Below are positions 17,551-28,378 of a stretch of 64,000 nucleotides of DNA, piece after piece (the first letter of the stretch is position 1; the number at the start of each line of letters is the position of its first letter). The stretch is taken from NCBI GenBank assembly GCA_021735045.1, contig JAIPHU010000004.1, positions 2,929-66,928 of the forward strand, read 5' to 3'. The notes below the pieces were generated by a model. That model was not told where the DNA came from. It worked only from the letters and a program-made list of their open reading frames with translations, and did no database searches. The DNA comes from Candidatus Omnitrophota bacterium. GTDB taxonomy: Bacteria > Omnitrophota > Gorgyraeia > Duberdicusellales > 4484-171. A program made the position numbers and the translations under genes.

Positions 17551-17579
17551 TTGACACAGAATCCTATCAACGGTAAATT
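17551..17579 (+). promoter_or_regulatory. sigma70-like promoter of valS (TTGACA-17-TAAATT), ATG 7 nt downstream of the -10 box
   Basis: TTGACA at 17551-17556 and TAAATT at 17574-17579. The valS ATG is at 17587 with no Shine-Dalgarno sequence in between. Confidence 0.45.
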
Positions 17580-17586
17580 AATCACC

Positions 17587-20274
17587 ATGGAAATACCAAC
17601 TAGATACAATCCCAAGGAAACCGAAAAAAGGATTCTTCAGGAGTGGTTAAAAAGTTCAACGTTTCATGCAACAAAAAAAACCAATAAAGATCCTTTCTCT
17701 ATTGTAATACCTCCGCCTAATATTACTGGAATTCTCCATATGGGGCATGCTTTAAATAATACTATCCAAGATGTATTAGTTCGTTATAAGCGTATGCGAG
17801 GCTATGAGGCGCTTTGGATGCCGGGGACTGACCATGCTGGAATTGCTACTCAAAATGTTGTTGAACGTGCATTAGCCAAAGAAGGTAAAACCAAAGATGA
17901 TGTAGGTAGAGAAGAATTTCAAAAGCGTCTTTGGTCCTGGAAAGATAACTATGGCTCTAGGATAATTGACCAGCTTAAAAAAATTGGGGCTAGCTGTGAC
18001 TGGAAAAGATTAAGATTTACTATGGACCAAGCTTATAGCCGGGCTGTAGGTGAAGTCTTTCTTCAGCTTTTTAATCAAGATTTAATCTATCGCGGTAACT
18101 ATATCATAAATTGGTGCCCGCGCTGTAAGACTGCTCTTAGCGATGAAGAGGCAGCCCACAAAGAAGTTGACGGTTGGTTATATTATTTACGTTATCCGGT
18201 TGAAACTAAAGAAGGTGATAAAAAGTATATTAGTGTAGCTACAACTCGGCCTGAGACTATGCTCGGTGATACAGCAGTAGCTATAAATCCTAAAGATAAA
18301 AGATACAGTTGGCTTAAAGAAGCCAAAGTAATTTTACCAATTGCAGGAAGATCTTTAAAGATTATTGAAGATAAAGCCGTTGATCCAGAGTTTGGAACCG
18401 GAGTTGTTAAAGTTACTCCGGCTCATGATCCAGTTGATTTTCAACTAGGCAAAAAGCACGATCTTGAGTTTATAAATATAATGAATGAAGATGCAACATT
18501 AAATCAAAACGTACCGGAAAATTTCCAAGGCCTAGACCGTTTTGAAGCTAGGGCTGCGCTAGTTGAACTATTGGCCCAAAAGAAACTTATTGAAAAGAAA
18601 GAACCTTACAATCTCGGGGCTGGCCATTGCTATAGATGTAATACTATAGTTGAGCCGCGGATTTCTTTGCAGTGGTTTGTGAAGATGAAACCTCTTGCCC
18701 AGGAAGCAATAAAAGTTGTTCAACAAGACAAAATAAAATTTTACCCCCGGCGTTGGAAAAAAGTTTACCTTAATTGGATGTTTAATATCCAGGATTGGTG
18801 TATTTCCCGTCAAATCTGGTGGGGGCACAGAATTCCGGTCTGGTATTGCCAAGATTGCTATAATCCAGATTCAGGCGATAAAAAAGGAATTATTGCTGCG
18901 AAGGAAAAACCAGAAAAATGCCCTGATTGCGGTAGCCAAAAGTTAAAACAAGACCCAGATGTATTAGATACTTGGTTTTCAAGCTGGCTTTGGCCTTTTG
19001 CGACTTTTGGCTGGCCGTTTGAAAAACGAGGGACGAGGGACGAGGGACGAGGGACGAAAGAGAAAAAAGAGGAGTTTGAGTATTTTTATCCGACCAATAC
19101 CCTGGTAACTGCCTCAGAAATACTTTTTTTCTGGGTAGCACGAATGATTATGGCATCATTAAAGTTTACCGGAAAAATTCCTTTTTCTGATGTAATCATC
19201 CACGGAACAGTTAGAGACGATAAGGGGATAAAGATGTCAAAATCCTTAGGCAATGTTATCGATCCTCTGGAGATCATCGACAAATATGGAGCTGATGCTC
19301 TCCGCTTTTCTTTGATGTTTTTAGCAGCCAGCGGTTCAGATGTTTTTCTATCTACAGATAAATTTTTAATGGGACGAAATTTTTCAAATAAAATTTGGAA
19401 TGCTAACCGTTTTATTTTTTCAAAAATTCAAGATAAAAAAATCAACATCGATAAATTAGAATATAGTTTTGAAGATGAGTCAGATGCTTGGATTCTAGAT
19501 AAGTTAAATAAAACAGTTGCGAATTGTTCTAAAGCTATAGAAAAGCACAGAATAGATGAAGCAATAAAAAAAGCTTATGATTTTTTCTGGCATTCTTTTT
19601 GCGACTGGTATCTTGAGATTATTAAAGATAATTTTAATCAAGAAAAGGCAAATAATTCAGTTTTTATTTTGATTTCATCGCTTCAACTTCTGCATCCTTT
19701 TATTCCGTTTATTACCGAGGAGATTTTTTCTTTGATTAAGCAGAATAGTTCTTTGCCGGTAACTGAATCTATATCGAAATCGGGTTGGCCGAAGCAGCAG
19801 AAAATCGACATAAACCCTGAGAGCCTGGTTATTTTTACAAAAATAATCGATAGTGTAGATAAGATAAGAGACCTGCGTGGAGATTTAGGTTTAGGCCAGG
19901 AAAAAATATCTTTAGAAGTTAAAACTAACCTCGGTCTAAGAGAGTTTTGGAATAGGCATAAGGGTTGGTTTAGTAAGCTGGTAGCCGCCAATAATGTTAA
20001 TTTAGTTGACAATCTAGAAAGAGTTTTTTACCAAAATAAATATTGGTCAATTAACTTAAAAATTGATTCAGCAAACCTAGATAAATTTAGCCAGGCCCTG
20101 GATAAAAAGATTGATAACTTTAGTTCTTTAATTAAAAAAACAGAAGGCAAGTTAAAGAATGAAAATTTTATCAAAAATGCACCTAAAAATATTATAGCCA
20201 AAGAAAAAGCAAAACAAAGTGATTTTTCTAAACAACTTATGCGTCTAAAAAATTTAAAGGAGATAATCAGCTGA
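17587..20274 (+). CDS. valS: valyl-tRNA synthetase
   Basis: HIGH-class motif PPPNITGILHMGHALN, KMSKSLGNVIDP and a C-terminal coiled coil. The ORF-track start at 17551 is the TTG of the -35 box. Confidence 0.95.
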   Translation: MEIPTRYNPKETEKRILQEWLKSSTFHATKKTNKDPFSIVIPPPNITGILHMGHALNNTIQDVLVRYKRMRGYEALWMPGTDHAGIATQNVVERALAKEGKTKDDVGREEFQKRLWSWKDNYGSRIIDQLKKIGASCDWKRLRFTMDQAYSRAVGEVFLQLFNQDLIYRGNYIINWCPRCKTALSDEEAAHKEVDGWLYYLRYPVETKEGDKKYISVATTRPETMLGDTAVAINPKDKRYSWLKEAKVILPIAGRSLKIIEDKAVDPEFGTGVVKVTPAHDPVDFQLGKKHDLEFINIMNEDATLNQNVPENFQGLDRFEARAALVELLAQKKLIEKKEPYNLGAGHCYRCNTIVEPRISLQWFVKMKPLAQEAIKVVQQDKIKFYPRRWKKVYLNWMFNIQDWCISRQIWWGHRIPVWYCQDCYNPDSGDKKGIIAAKEKPEKCPDCGSQKLKQDPDVLDTWFSSWLWPFATFGWPFEKRGTRDEGRGTKEKKEEFEYFYPTNTLVTASEILFFWVARMIMASLKFTGKIPFSDVIIHGTVRDDKGIKMSKSLGNVIDPLEIIDKYGADALRFSLMFLAASGSDVFLSTDKFLMGRNFSNKIWNANRFIFSKIQDKKINIDKLEYSFEDESDAWILDKLNKTVANCSKAIEKHRIDEAIKKAYDFFWHSFCDWYLEIIKDNFNQEKANNSVFILISSLQLLHPFIPFITEEIFSLIKQNSSLPVTESISKSGWPKQQKIDINPESLVIFTKIIDSVDKIRDLRGDLGLGQEKISLEVKTNLGLREFWNRHKGWFSKLVAANNVNLVDNLERVFYQNKYWSINLKIDSANLDKFSQALDKKIDNFSSLIKKTEGKLKNENFIKNAPKNIIAKEKAKQSDFSKQLMRLKNLKEIIS

Positions 20275-20275
20275 A

Positions 20276-21142
20276 ATGATTTCAAATAAAACTAAACAAA
20301 TTATCCAAAGAGCTTTATTAGAAGATAAAGTAAAACAAGATAAAACAACTCGCTTGGTTATTCCGGCTAAAAAGAAAGGCCAAGCTGTAATAACTGCTAA
20401 AGAAAAAGGAGTTCTTTGTGGAACAGATTTAGTTAAGTTCATCTTTAAAAAAATAGATAAAAAAATTAAGGTAGAATTTTTTGCTAAAGACGCAGATCTT
20501 ATCAATAAGGAAGAAAAAGTAGCTACCATCTCAGGCAATTTACAAACCATATTAAAAGCCGAAAGAGTTGCCTTAAACTTTTTGTCTTTACTTTCAGGGG
20601 TAGCTACCACAGCTTGGTTGTTTGTGAATAAAGTAAAGAAGGCAAAGGTTGCTATAAAAGATACTCGTAAAACTACACCTGGTTTACGCAAACTAGAAAA
20701 ATATGCGGTTTTAGTTGGCGGGGGAAAGAATCACCGTTATAGCCTAGCTGAAGGAATTATTGTAAAAGACAACCACCTTAAAGCAGCAGGTATAGTTAAT
20801 AAAGAAAATAAAGTAAATCATAAAAGCTTAAAAGAGGCTATAAAAAAGTTAAGAAAAAAGACAAAATTTCCGATTGAAATCGAAGTTGAAACCTTTCAAG
20901 AGTTTCTTGAAGTTGCTAAATATAGCCCGGATATAATTATGCTTGATAATTTTTCTAAAAAAGATTTAGTTAAAGCTGTAGGCTACCGGAATAAACATTT
21001 TCCGAAAATAGAGCTTGAGGCTTCCGGTGGAATTAGCTTAAGAAATATTGAAACAGTCGCCTCAACCGGAGTTGATTCTATATCGGTTGGGTCAATCACC
21101 CATTCTCCTAAAGCTCTTGATTTTTCCTTAGAACTTAATTAA
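20276..21142 (+). CDS. nadC: nicotinate-nucleotide pyrophosphorylase (quinolinate phosphoribosyltransferase)
   Basis: ERVALNFLSLLSGVAT and DTRKTTPGLRKLEKYAVLVGGGKNHRYSL...VKDNH match NadC. Confidence 0.85.
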   Translation: MISNKTKQIIQRALLEDKVKQDKTTRLVIPAKKKGQAVITAKEKGVLCGTDLVKFIFKKIDKKIKVEFFAKDADLINKEEKVATISGNLQTILKAERVALNFLSLLSGVATTAWLFVNKVKKAKVAIKDTRKTTPGLRKLEKYAVLVGGGKNHRYSLAEGIIVKDNHLKAAGIVNKENKVNHKSLKEAIKKLRKKTKFPIEIEVETFQEFLEVAKYSPDIIMLDNFSKKDLVKAVGYRNKHFPKIELEASGGISLRNIETVASTGVDSISVGSITHSPKALDFSLELN

Positions 21143-21152
21143 CTTTTCTAAA

Positions 21153-23129
21153 ATGCATAAGTTTAAACTAAAGAGTAAGTTTAAGCCTACCGGAGACCAA
21201 CCTGAGGCAATTAAGGCACTTACCCGGCGAATAAAAAGTAATAAACCCTATTCGACTCTTTTAGGTGTTACCGGATCCGGCAAAACTTTTACCTTGGCAT
21301 CCGCAATTGAAAAGATTAACCGGCCGATACTTTTGATTTCTCATAATAAAACACTCGCTAGCCAGCTTTATGCAGAACTTAAAAGCTTCTTTCCGCAAAA
21401 TGCGGTTGAATATTTTGTTAGCTACTACGACTACTATCAACCGGAAAGCTATATTCCTCAAACTGATACCTATATTGAAAAAGATGCGTCCATCAACGAT
21501 CGGTTGGATAGATTAAGGCTTTCGGCAACCAGCTCTCTGCTTACCCGAAAGGATGTTATTGTAGTAGCGTCAGTTTCTTGCATCTATAATCTTGGTTCTC
21601 CAGAAGAATATCGTGATTTTGCTTTTTATATAAAGGCCGGTAACTATATTTCCCAAAATGATCTTTCTCATAAGTTAGTAGAACTGCAGTATCAAAGAAA
21701 TGACTATGATTTTTCACGAGGCAGTTTTCGAATAAAAGGAGATGTTGTAGATATCTATCCTGCTTATAGTCAAAAAGCAAACCGAATCGAGTTTTTTGGC
21801 GAGACAATAGAAAAAATTTATCAGTTTGACCCGGCAAGCGGGAAAAAAATAACTGAACTAGATCAGGTGGCTATCTATCCGGCTAAGCATTTTTTAATTG
21901 GAAAAGATAGAGTAAAAGCTGGAATAAAAACAATTAGAAAAGAACTAGAGCAAAGAATTGAATCTCTTACAAAAAAAAACAAGCTGCTGGAAGCACAGCG
22001 GCTGCGCCAGAGAACTCTATTTGATTTAGAGATGTTGGCTGAATGCGGCTGGTGTCACGGAATTGAAAACTATTCCCGTCATCTAAGCGGAAGGCCGGCT
22101 GGTTCAAGGCCGTATTGCTTGATAGACTATTTCCCTAAAGATTTTATAACGATTATTGATGAAAGCCATGTAACTATTCCCCAAATAAAGGGGATGTATC
22201 TCGGCGATAAATCCCGCAAGGAAACTCTTGTTCAGCATGGCTTTCGCCTCCCGTCTTGCTTAGATAATCGTCCGCTGCGTTATCCGGAGTTTAAGGATAT
22301 TAGCCAGCAAACTGTTTTTGTCTCGGCTACACCTACTAACTATGAAGTTAAACTTTCGGAAGGAAAGGTAATTGAACAAATTATTCGACCGACCGGCCTG
22401 CCTGACCCTAAAATTAAAGTAAGGCCAACTAAAAATCAAATCGATGATCTAACCGCAAGAATAAAAGAAAAGACTGCTTTAGGAGAGCGGACTTTAATCA
22501 CGACCTTAACTAAACGAATGGCTGAGGAGTTAACCGAATACCTAAAAGATGAATCTTTATCAGTTGCCTATATCCACTCAGAAATAGATACCCTAGAGCG
22601 AACTAAGATCTTGCGCCAGCTAAGGCTAAAAGAGTTTGATAGTTTAGTAGGGGTCAATCTATTGCGGGAAGGGCTAGATCTACCGGAAGTATCTTCGGTG
22701 GTTATTCTTGATGCAGACAAAGAAGGGTTTTTGCGTTCAGCTACTTCTTTAATCCAGGTAGCCGGAAGGTGTGCCCGAAATATAAACGGTGAAGTTATAA
22801 TGTATGCTGATACGATCACAAAGTCTATGCAGAAAGCAATCCAAGAAAGCAGCCGCCGCCGTAAGATCCAGATTGAATATAATAAGAAGAACAATATCAC
22901 GCCCCGCTCAATTGAATCAGCAGTAAAAGAAGGTATAGAAGTTTACCTCAAAGAAGAAGAAAAACTTTATCAGCAGCTGGGCCTAGACAACAAAGAGGTT
23001 GATCTGCATCAAGCCGTAGCTCAATTGGAGAAAGAGATGTATATTGCGGCAAAAAATCTCCATTTTGAAAAAGCAGCTCAACTACGCGATAAGATCAAAA
23101 ACTTAAAAAAAGCTATTAGAAAAGCTTAA
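21153..23129 (+). CDS. uvrB: excinuclease ABC subunit B
   Basis: Walker A LLGVTGSGKTFTLA, helicase motifs and the C-terminal UvrB coiled coil. Confidence 0.95.
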   Translation: MHKFKLKSKFKPTGDQPEAIKALTRRIKSNKPYSTLLGVTGSGKTFTLASAIEKINRPILLISHNKTLASQLYAELKSFFPQNAVEYFVSYYDYYQPESYIPQTDTYIEKDASINDRLDRLRLSATSSLLTRKDVIVVASVSCIYNLGSPEEYRDFAFYIKAGNYISQNDLSHKLVELQYQRNDYDFSRGSFRIKGDVVDIYPAYSQKANRIEFFGETIEKIYQFDPASGKKITELDQVAIYPAKHFLIGKDRVKAGIKTIRKELEQRIESLTKKNKLLEAQRLRQRTLFDLEMLAECGWCHGIENYSRHLSGRPAGSRPYCLIDYFPKDFITIIDESHVTIPQIKGMYLGDKSRKETLVQHGFRLPSCLDNRPLRYPEFKDISQQTVFVSATPTNYEVKLSEGKVIEQIIRPTGLPDPKIKVRPTKNQIDDLTARIKEKTALGERTLITTLTKRMAEELTEYLKDESLSVAYIHSEIDTLERTKILRQLRLKEFDSLVGVNLLREGLDLPEVSSVVILDADKEGFLRSATSLIQVAGRCARNINGEVIMYADTITKSMQKAIQESSRRRKIQIEYNKKNNITPRSIESAVKEGIEVYLKEEEKLYQQLGLDNKEVDLHQAVAQLEKEMYIAAKNLHFEKAAQLRDKIKNLKKAIRKA

Positions 23130-23173
23130 AACTGATAAAATAGCTTAATCAATTAAATAAGGAGATTAATAAG

Positions 23174-23908
23174 ATGATTGGGATAGATGCAGGTAACACC
23201 AGCCTAAAATTTGGTATTTTTCATAAACATAAATTAAAAAAAGTTTATTTTCTTGATACAAACAAAGCAAATAAAAGATCAATAAAAAAAATCATATCAA
23301 ATTTTGATAAAAAAAATCCTTTAGTTCTTTGTTCGGTTGTACCCAAAGTCAATGATCTGTTTTTGAGTTTAAAGAGAAAAGTCTATCTTGTCGGCCAAGA
23401 CCTAGATCTACCCATAAAGTGCTTGTATAATAAAGATAATGTGGGAGATGACCGCTTGCTGGCTGCTTATACTGCAAAAAAGATTGAAAACTCTGTACGT
23501 TTAATTCTTGATTTTGGAACTGCAATAACCTTAGATTTTTTATCCAAAAAAGGAGATTATCAAGGCGGAATAATTTTACCGGGTATAAACTCAACTTTAA
23601 AAACATTTAAAAGCTGCGCTCTTTTACCTAACAAGATTAAAATTACCAAAACAAAAAAAATAATCCCTAAAAATACTTCTGAAAGCATCAACAAAGGCCT
23701 TCAGGATGGATTCAGCTTAATGATTAATGGATTAGTTGATAAATATCAGAAGAAATTAAAACTTTCCCAAAAAGATAAAGTGGTAGTAACTGGAGGAGAT
23801 TTTTTGAGAGTTAAATCATACCTTAACTTTAATTTTCAATATGAAAAACACCTAGTTTTACAAGGATTATTTTATCTTTACCAAAATTTTTTAGCCCATA
23901 ATTCATAA
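23174..23908 (+). CDS. coaX: type III pantothenate kinase
   Basis: MIGIDAGNTSLKFGIF N-terminus (acetate/sugar kinase fold) and the GDDRLLAAYTA motif. Confidence 0.8.
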   Translation: MIGIDAGNTSLKFGIFHKHKLKKVYFLDTNKANKRSIKKIISNFDKKNPLVLCSVVPKVNDLFLSLKRKVYLVGQDLDLPIKCLYNKDNVGDDRLLAAYTAKKIENSVRLILDFGTAITLDFLSKKGDYQGGIILPGINSTLKTFKSCALLPNKIKITKTKKIIPKNTSESINKGLQDGFSLMINGLVDKYQKKLKLSQKDKVVVTGGDFLRVKSYLNFNFQYEKHLVLQGLFYLYQNFLAHNS

Positions 23909-23958
23909 CTATTTCTCTCCCAAATAGTTAAAAAATAAAAAAAATTCTTAGAAAAGAC

Positions 23959-24015
23959 TTGACAATTACCAACAAATTAGTAAAATAATTAGCACTCTTA
24001 CCCATAGATTGCTAA
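23959..24015 (+). promoter_or_regulatory. groESL promoter (TTGACA-16-TAAAAT) followed by a CIRCE-like HrcA operator TTAGCACTC-N9-GATTGCTAA
   Basis: TTGACA 23959-23964, TAAAAT 23981-23986, and inverted repeat 23989-24015 with 8/9 match to the CIRCE right arm. Confidence 0.7.
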
Positions 24016-24059
24016 TTTAGACGATAATAAGTTTTACAAACGTGTTAAGGAGGTGTAAT

Positions 24060-24347
24060 ATGAAGGTTAAACCTTTAGGTGACAGAATTTTGATCAAGCA
24101 GGTAGAAGCAGAGGAAAAGACTTCTGGAGGGATTGTAATCCCTGATACTGCTAAAGAAAAGCCACAGCAGGCTGAAGTAGTTGCTGTAGGTGAAGGCAAG
24201 AAGAAGGAAGATGGCTCGGCTATCCCCTTATCGGTAAAAGAGGGCGATCGTGTTCTTTATGGAAAATATGCCGGTACAGAAATTTCAATTCAAGGCCAAG
24301 ACTATCTAATTGTTAAAGAAGAAGATATTCTGGGAATCGTAACATAA
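24060..24347 (+). CDS. groES: co-chaperonin GroES
   Basis: [13 protein letters not shown]... with an AAGGAGG ribosome-binding site. The ORF-track start at 24042 is upstream of the site. Confidence 0.95.
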   Translation: MKVKPLGDRILIKQVEAEEKTSGGIVIPDTAKEKPQQAEVVAVGEGKKKEDGSAIPLSVKEGDRVLYGKYAGTEISIQGQDYLIVKEEDILGIVT

Positions 24348-24360
24348 GTTAAGGAGGTAA

Positions 24361-26025
<1,665 letters not shown>

Positions 26026-26050
26026 GTTAAGGCTTAAAAAAGATTTTAAA

Positions 26051-26087
26051 AAGAGGCTGTCTGATTTTAGGCAGCCTCTTTTTTTTG
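26051..26087 (+). terminator. rho-independent terminator after groEL
   Basis: A 9-bp stem AAGAGGCTG/CAGCCTCTT followed by a T-run. Confidence 0.7.
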
Positions 26088-26137
26088 TTTATAATCTTTT
26101 GGTTTATGTTATAATTCTATGAATAAAAAAATTTATT

Positions 26138-27478
26138 ATGAAAGTAAATAATCATTTCCAACTTACAAGCGTGGTTGCCGATAATCTAGAAGCAGGGCTA
26201 TTTCGTTATTCATTGGCACCGGATAATAAGTTTATTTCTTTTAACAACTCTTTTTTAAAACTAGTAGGTTGTACTGGAGTAGAGTTGTCTTTGAAAAAAA
26301 TTGATATTTTATTTTCTTCCTTCAGCGATAAAAATATTTTTTTCAATCTTCTTAACCGGGGCGGACCGGTGAGATTATTCCACACCAAACCAAAAGATAA
26401 AGACGATTGGGTTGCTGTTTCAGCCGCAATTGTTTATACCCAAGATAAACAAAAAATTATCGAAGGCCTTGTTCAGGATATTTCCCATCAAAAAAAGATG
26501 CATGATCATATATTTGTCGAAAAACATTTTTTAGAAAATCTCTTAGACAATCTTCCTGATGCAGTTTATTTTAAAGATATCGAAAGCCGGATTATAAAGG
26601 CAAATAGATTTTATATCCAAGGAACCGGGCTTGCCAAAGAAGAAATAATGGGAAAAACTGATTTTGACTTTTTTTCTTTCGAACAAGCCCAAGAAATGTT
26701 TAAAGATGATCAACAAGTTATCTCCAGCGGTAAGCCGCTTGTTGGTAAAATTGAAAAAACCACTCTTTCCGATGGCAGCAAAAATCAAGTTATAACTACA
26801 AAAATACCGATGCATGACAAGCAGGGAAAAATCATCGGAACAATGGGGATAACCAGGGATATAACTGCACATGCAAATCTAGAAGAAGAAAAATTTTCGA
26901 TGATGATCAACACTTTAGAGGTTTTAGGTAAAGCCTTAGAGCTAAGAGACCCTTACACCTTTAATCATACTCGTTTTGTTTCTAAAATAGCCCAAGATAT
27001 TGCCTCAGAATTAAGGTGGGATGCACATCGACTTTTGGGAATAAAACTTGCCGGTGAACTTCATGATTTAGGTAAAATTGCTATTCCTATTGATATTTTA
27101 AATCGTCCGGGAAAACTTTCTGATCTTGAATACAGCCTAATAAAAGAACATTCACACAGTTGCTATGAGTTAATGAAAGATTTTGCTTTCCCTTTTCCTT
27201 TGGCTAAAGCGGTTTATCAACACCATGAAAGAATTGATGGTTCCGGTTATCCGCAAGGTCTAACCTCAAAAGAAATTATTACCGAAGCCAAGGTTTTAGC
27301 AGTAAGCGATGTATTAGAAGCTATGACCAGCCATCGGCCTTACCGGGAAGCTTTGGGGATTGAAAACGCCAAGGCAGAGCTAAAATCAGGAAGAGGTTCT
27401 AAATATGATCCCGAAATTGTTGATATTGCAATAGATTTAATCGAGAAAAACGATAACAAGATTTTTTGGAAAAATTAA
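26138..27478 (+). CDS. PAS-domain HD-GYP phosphodiesterase
   Basis: N-terminal PAS-like region, then an HD-GYP domain HHERIDGSGYPQGL. Confidence 0.75.
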   Translation: MKVNNHFQLTSVVADNLEAGLFRYSLAPDNKFISFNNSFLKLVGCTGVELSLKKIDILFSSFSDKNIFFNLLNRGGPVRLFHTKPKDKDDWVAVSAAIVYTQDKQKIIEGLVQDISHQKKMHDHIFVEKHFLENLLDNLPDAVYFKDIESRIIKANRFYIQGTGLAKEEIMGKTDFDFFSFEQAQEMFKDDQQVISSGKPLVGKIEKTTLSDGSKNQVITTKIPMHDKQGKIIGTMGITRDITAHANLEEEKFSMMINTLEVLGKALELRDPYTFNHTRFVSKIAQDIASELRWDAHRLLGIKLAGELHDLGKIAIPIDILNRPGKLSDLEYSLIKEHSHSCYELMKDFAFPFPLAKAVYQHHERIDGSGYPQGLTSKEIITEAKVLAVSDVLEAMTSHRPYREALGIENAKAELKSGRGSKYDPEIVDIAIDLIEKNDNKIFWKN

Positions 27479-27573
27479 TAAAATTTACTTGCACTTTTTT
27501 TAAATTCGTGATATAAACTTTCCTTACATCGTACAGATAAAATAAACTATTGACTTAAATTAACTAAAACAAA

Positions 27574-28110
27574 ATGAAAGAAATAAAAATTTTTGCCAGA
27601 GCCGGACAAGGAGCGATCACTACAGCCGCAATATTGGGCGAGGCTCTTTTCTATGAAGATAAGTTTTCTTATGCATTTCCGCATTTTGGTGCAGCCCGGA
27701 TGGGGGCTCCGATGAATGCTTTTTTGCGTTTTGACCAAAAGCCAATCCGGCTGCGTTCTCAAATTTATAACCCAGACTATATTATTGTGATTGATCCAAC
27801 TCTAATTGAATCAGAAAAATGTTTTAATAATCTAAAAGATCAAGGTAAAGCCGTGGTTGCAGTGCGTAAAAACACACAAATTCCGGATAAAAAAGATATA
27901 ACTATCTCCAGCTTGGAGGCAGAAAAAATTGCCAAAGATATCATCGGCCGGCCCTTTGCAAATACGGTCCTCTTAGGAGCATTCGCCAAGGCAACCGAGG
28001 AAGTAAAACTGGATTCAATTTTAAAATCAGTGGAAGCAAGATTTAAAAGCAAGCCGGCAGTTTTAGATAAAAATTTAGCTGCAGTAAAAAAAGGATACGC
28101 CAGTGTTTAG
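27574..28110 (+). CDS. porG: 2-oxoacid:ferredoxin oxidoreductase gamma subunit
   Basis: IKIFARAGQGAITTAAILGEA is the PorC/gamma family N-terminus. Confidence 0.8.
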   Translation: MKEIKIFARAGQGAITTAAILGEALFYEDKFSYAFPHFGAARMGAPMNAFLRFDQKPIRLRSQIYNPDYIIVIDPTLIESEKCFNNLKDQGKAVVAVRKNTQIPDKKDITISSLEAEKIAKDIIGRPFANTVLLGAFAKATEEVKLDSILKSVEARFKSKPAVLDKNLAAVKKGYASV

Positions 28111-28378
28111 TATATTAGCTGCAAAACCAAAATCATCACAGAGAAATAAAACCGGTTCTTGGCGTTCAACCAAGATGCCTCGTTTTAATGGTAAAGAATG
28201 TATAAACTGCGGGCTTTGTAAATTTATCTGTCCTGAAGGTTGTATTGTCGGAAAAGAAAAAAACCAATATTCAGTAGATTTTGATTATTGTAAGGGTTGC
28301 GGCCTTTGTGCTTATATTTGCCCTAAAAATGATATAGAAATGGTAGAAAACAAACAAGAGGAGAACAAAGAGAAATGA
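28103..28378 (+). CDS. porD: 2-oxoacid:ferredoxin oxidoreductase delta subunit (2x[4Fe-4S])
   Basis: Two CxxCxxCxxxCP motifs; GTG start overlapping the porG end. Confidence 0.75.
   Translation: MFSILAAKPKSSQRNKTGSWRSTKMPRFNGKECINCGLCKFICPEGCIVGKEKNQYSVDFDYCKGCGLCAYICPKNDIEMVENKQEENKEK

Noticed and set aside
20254-20691. 145-aa minus-strand ORF
   Set aside because: It overlaps the valS 3' end and nadC on the opposite strand. nadC has clear motifs, so the antisense ORF is spurious.
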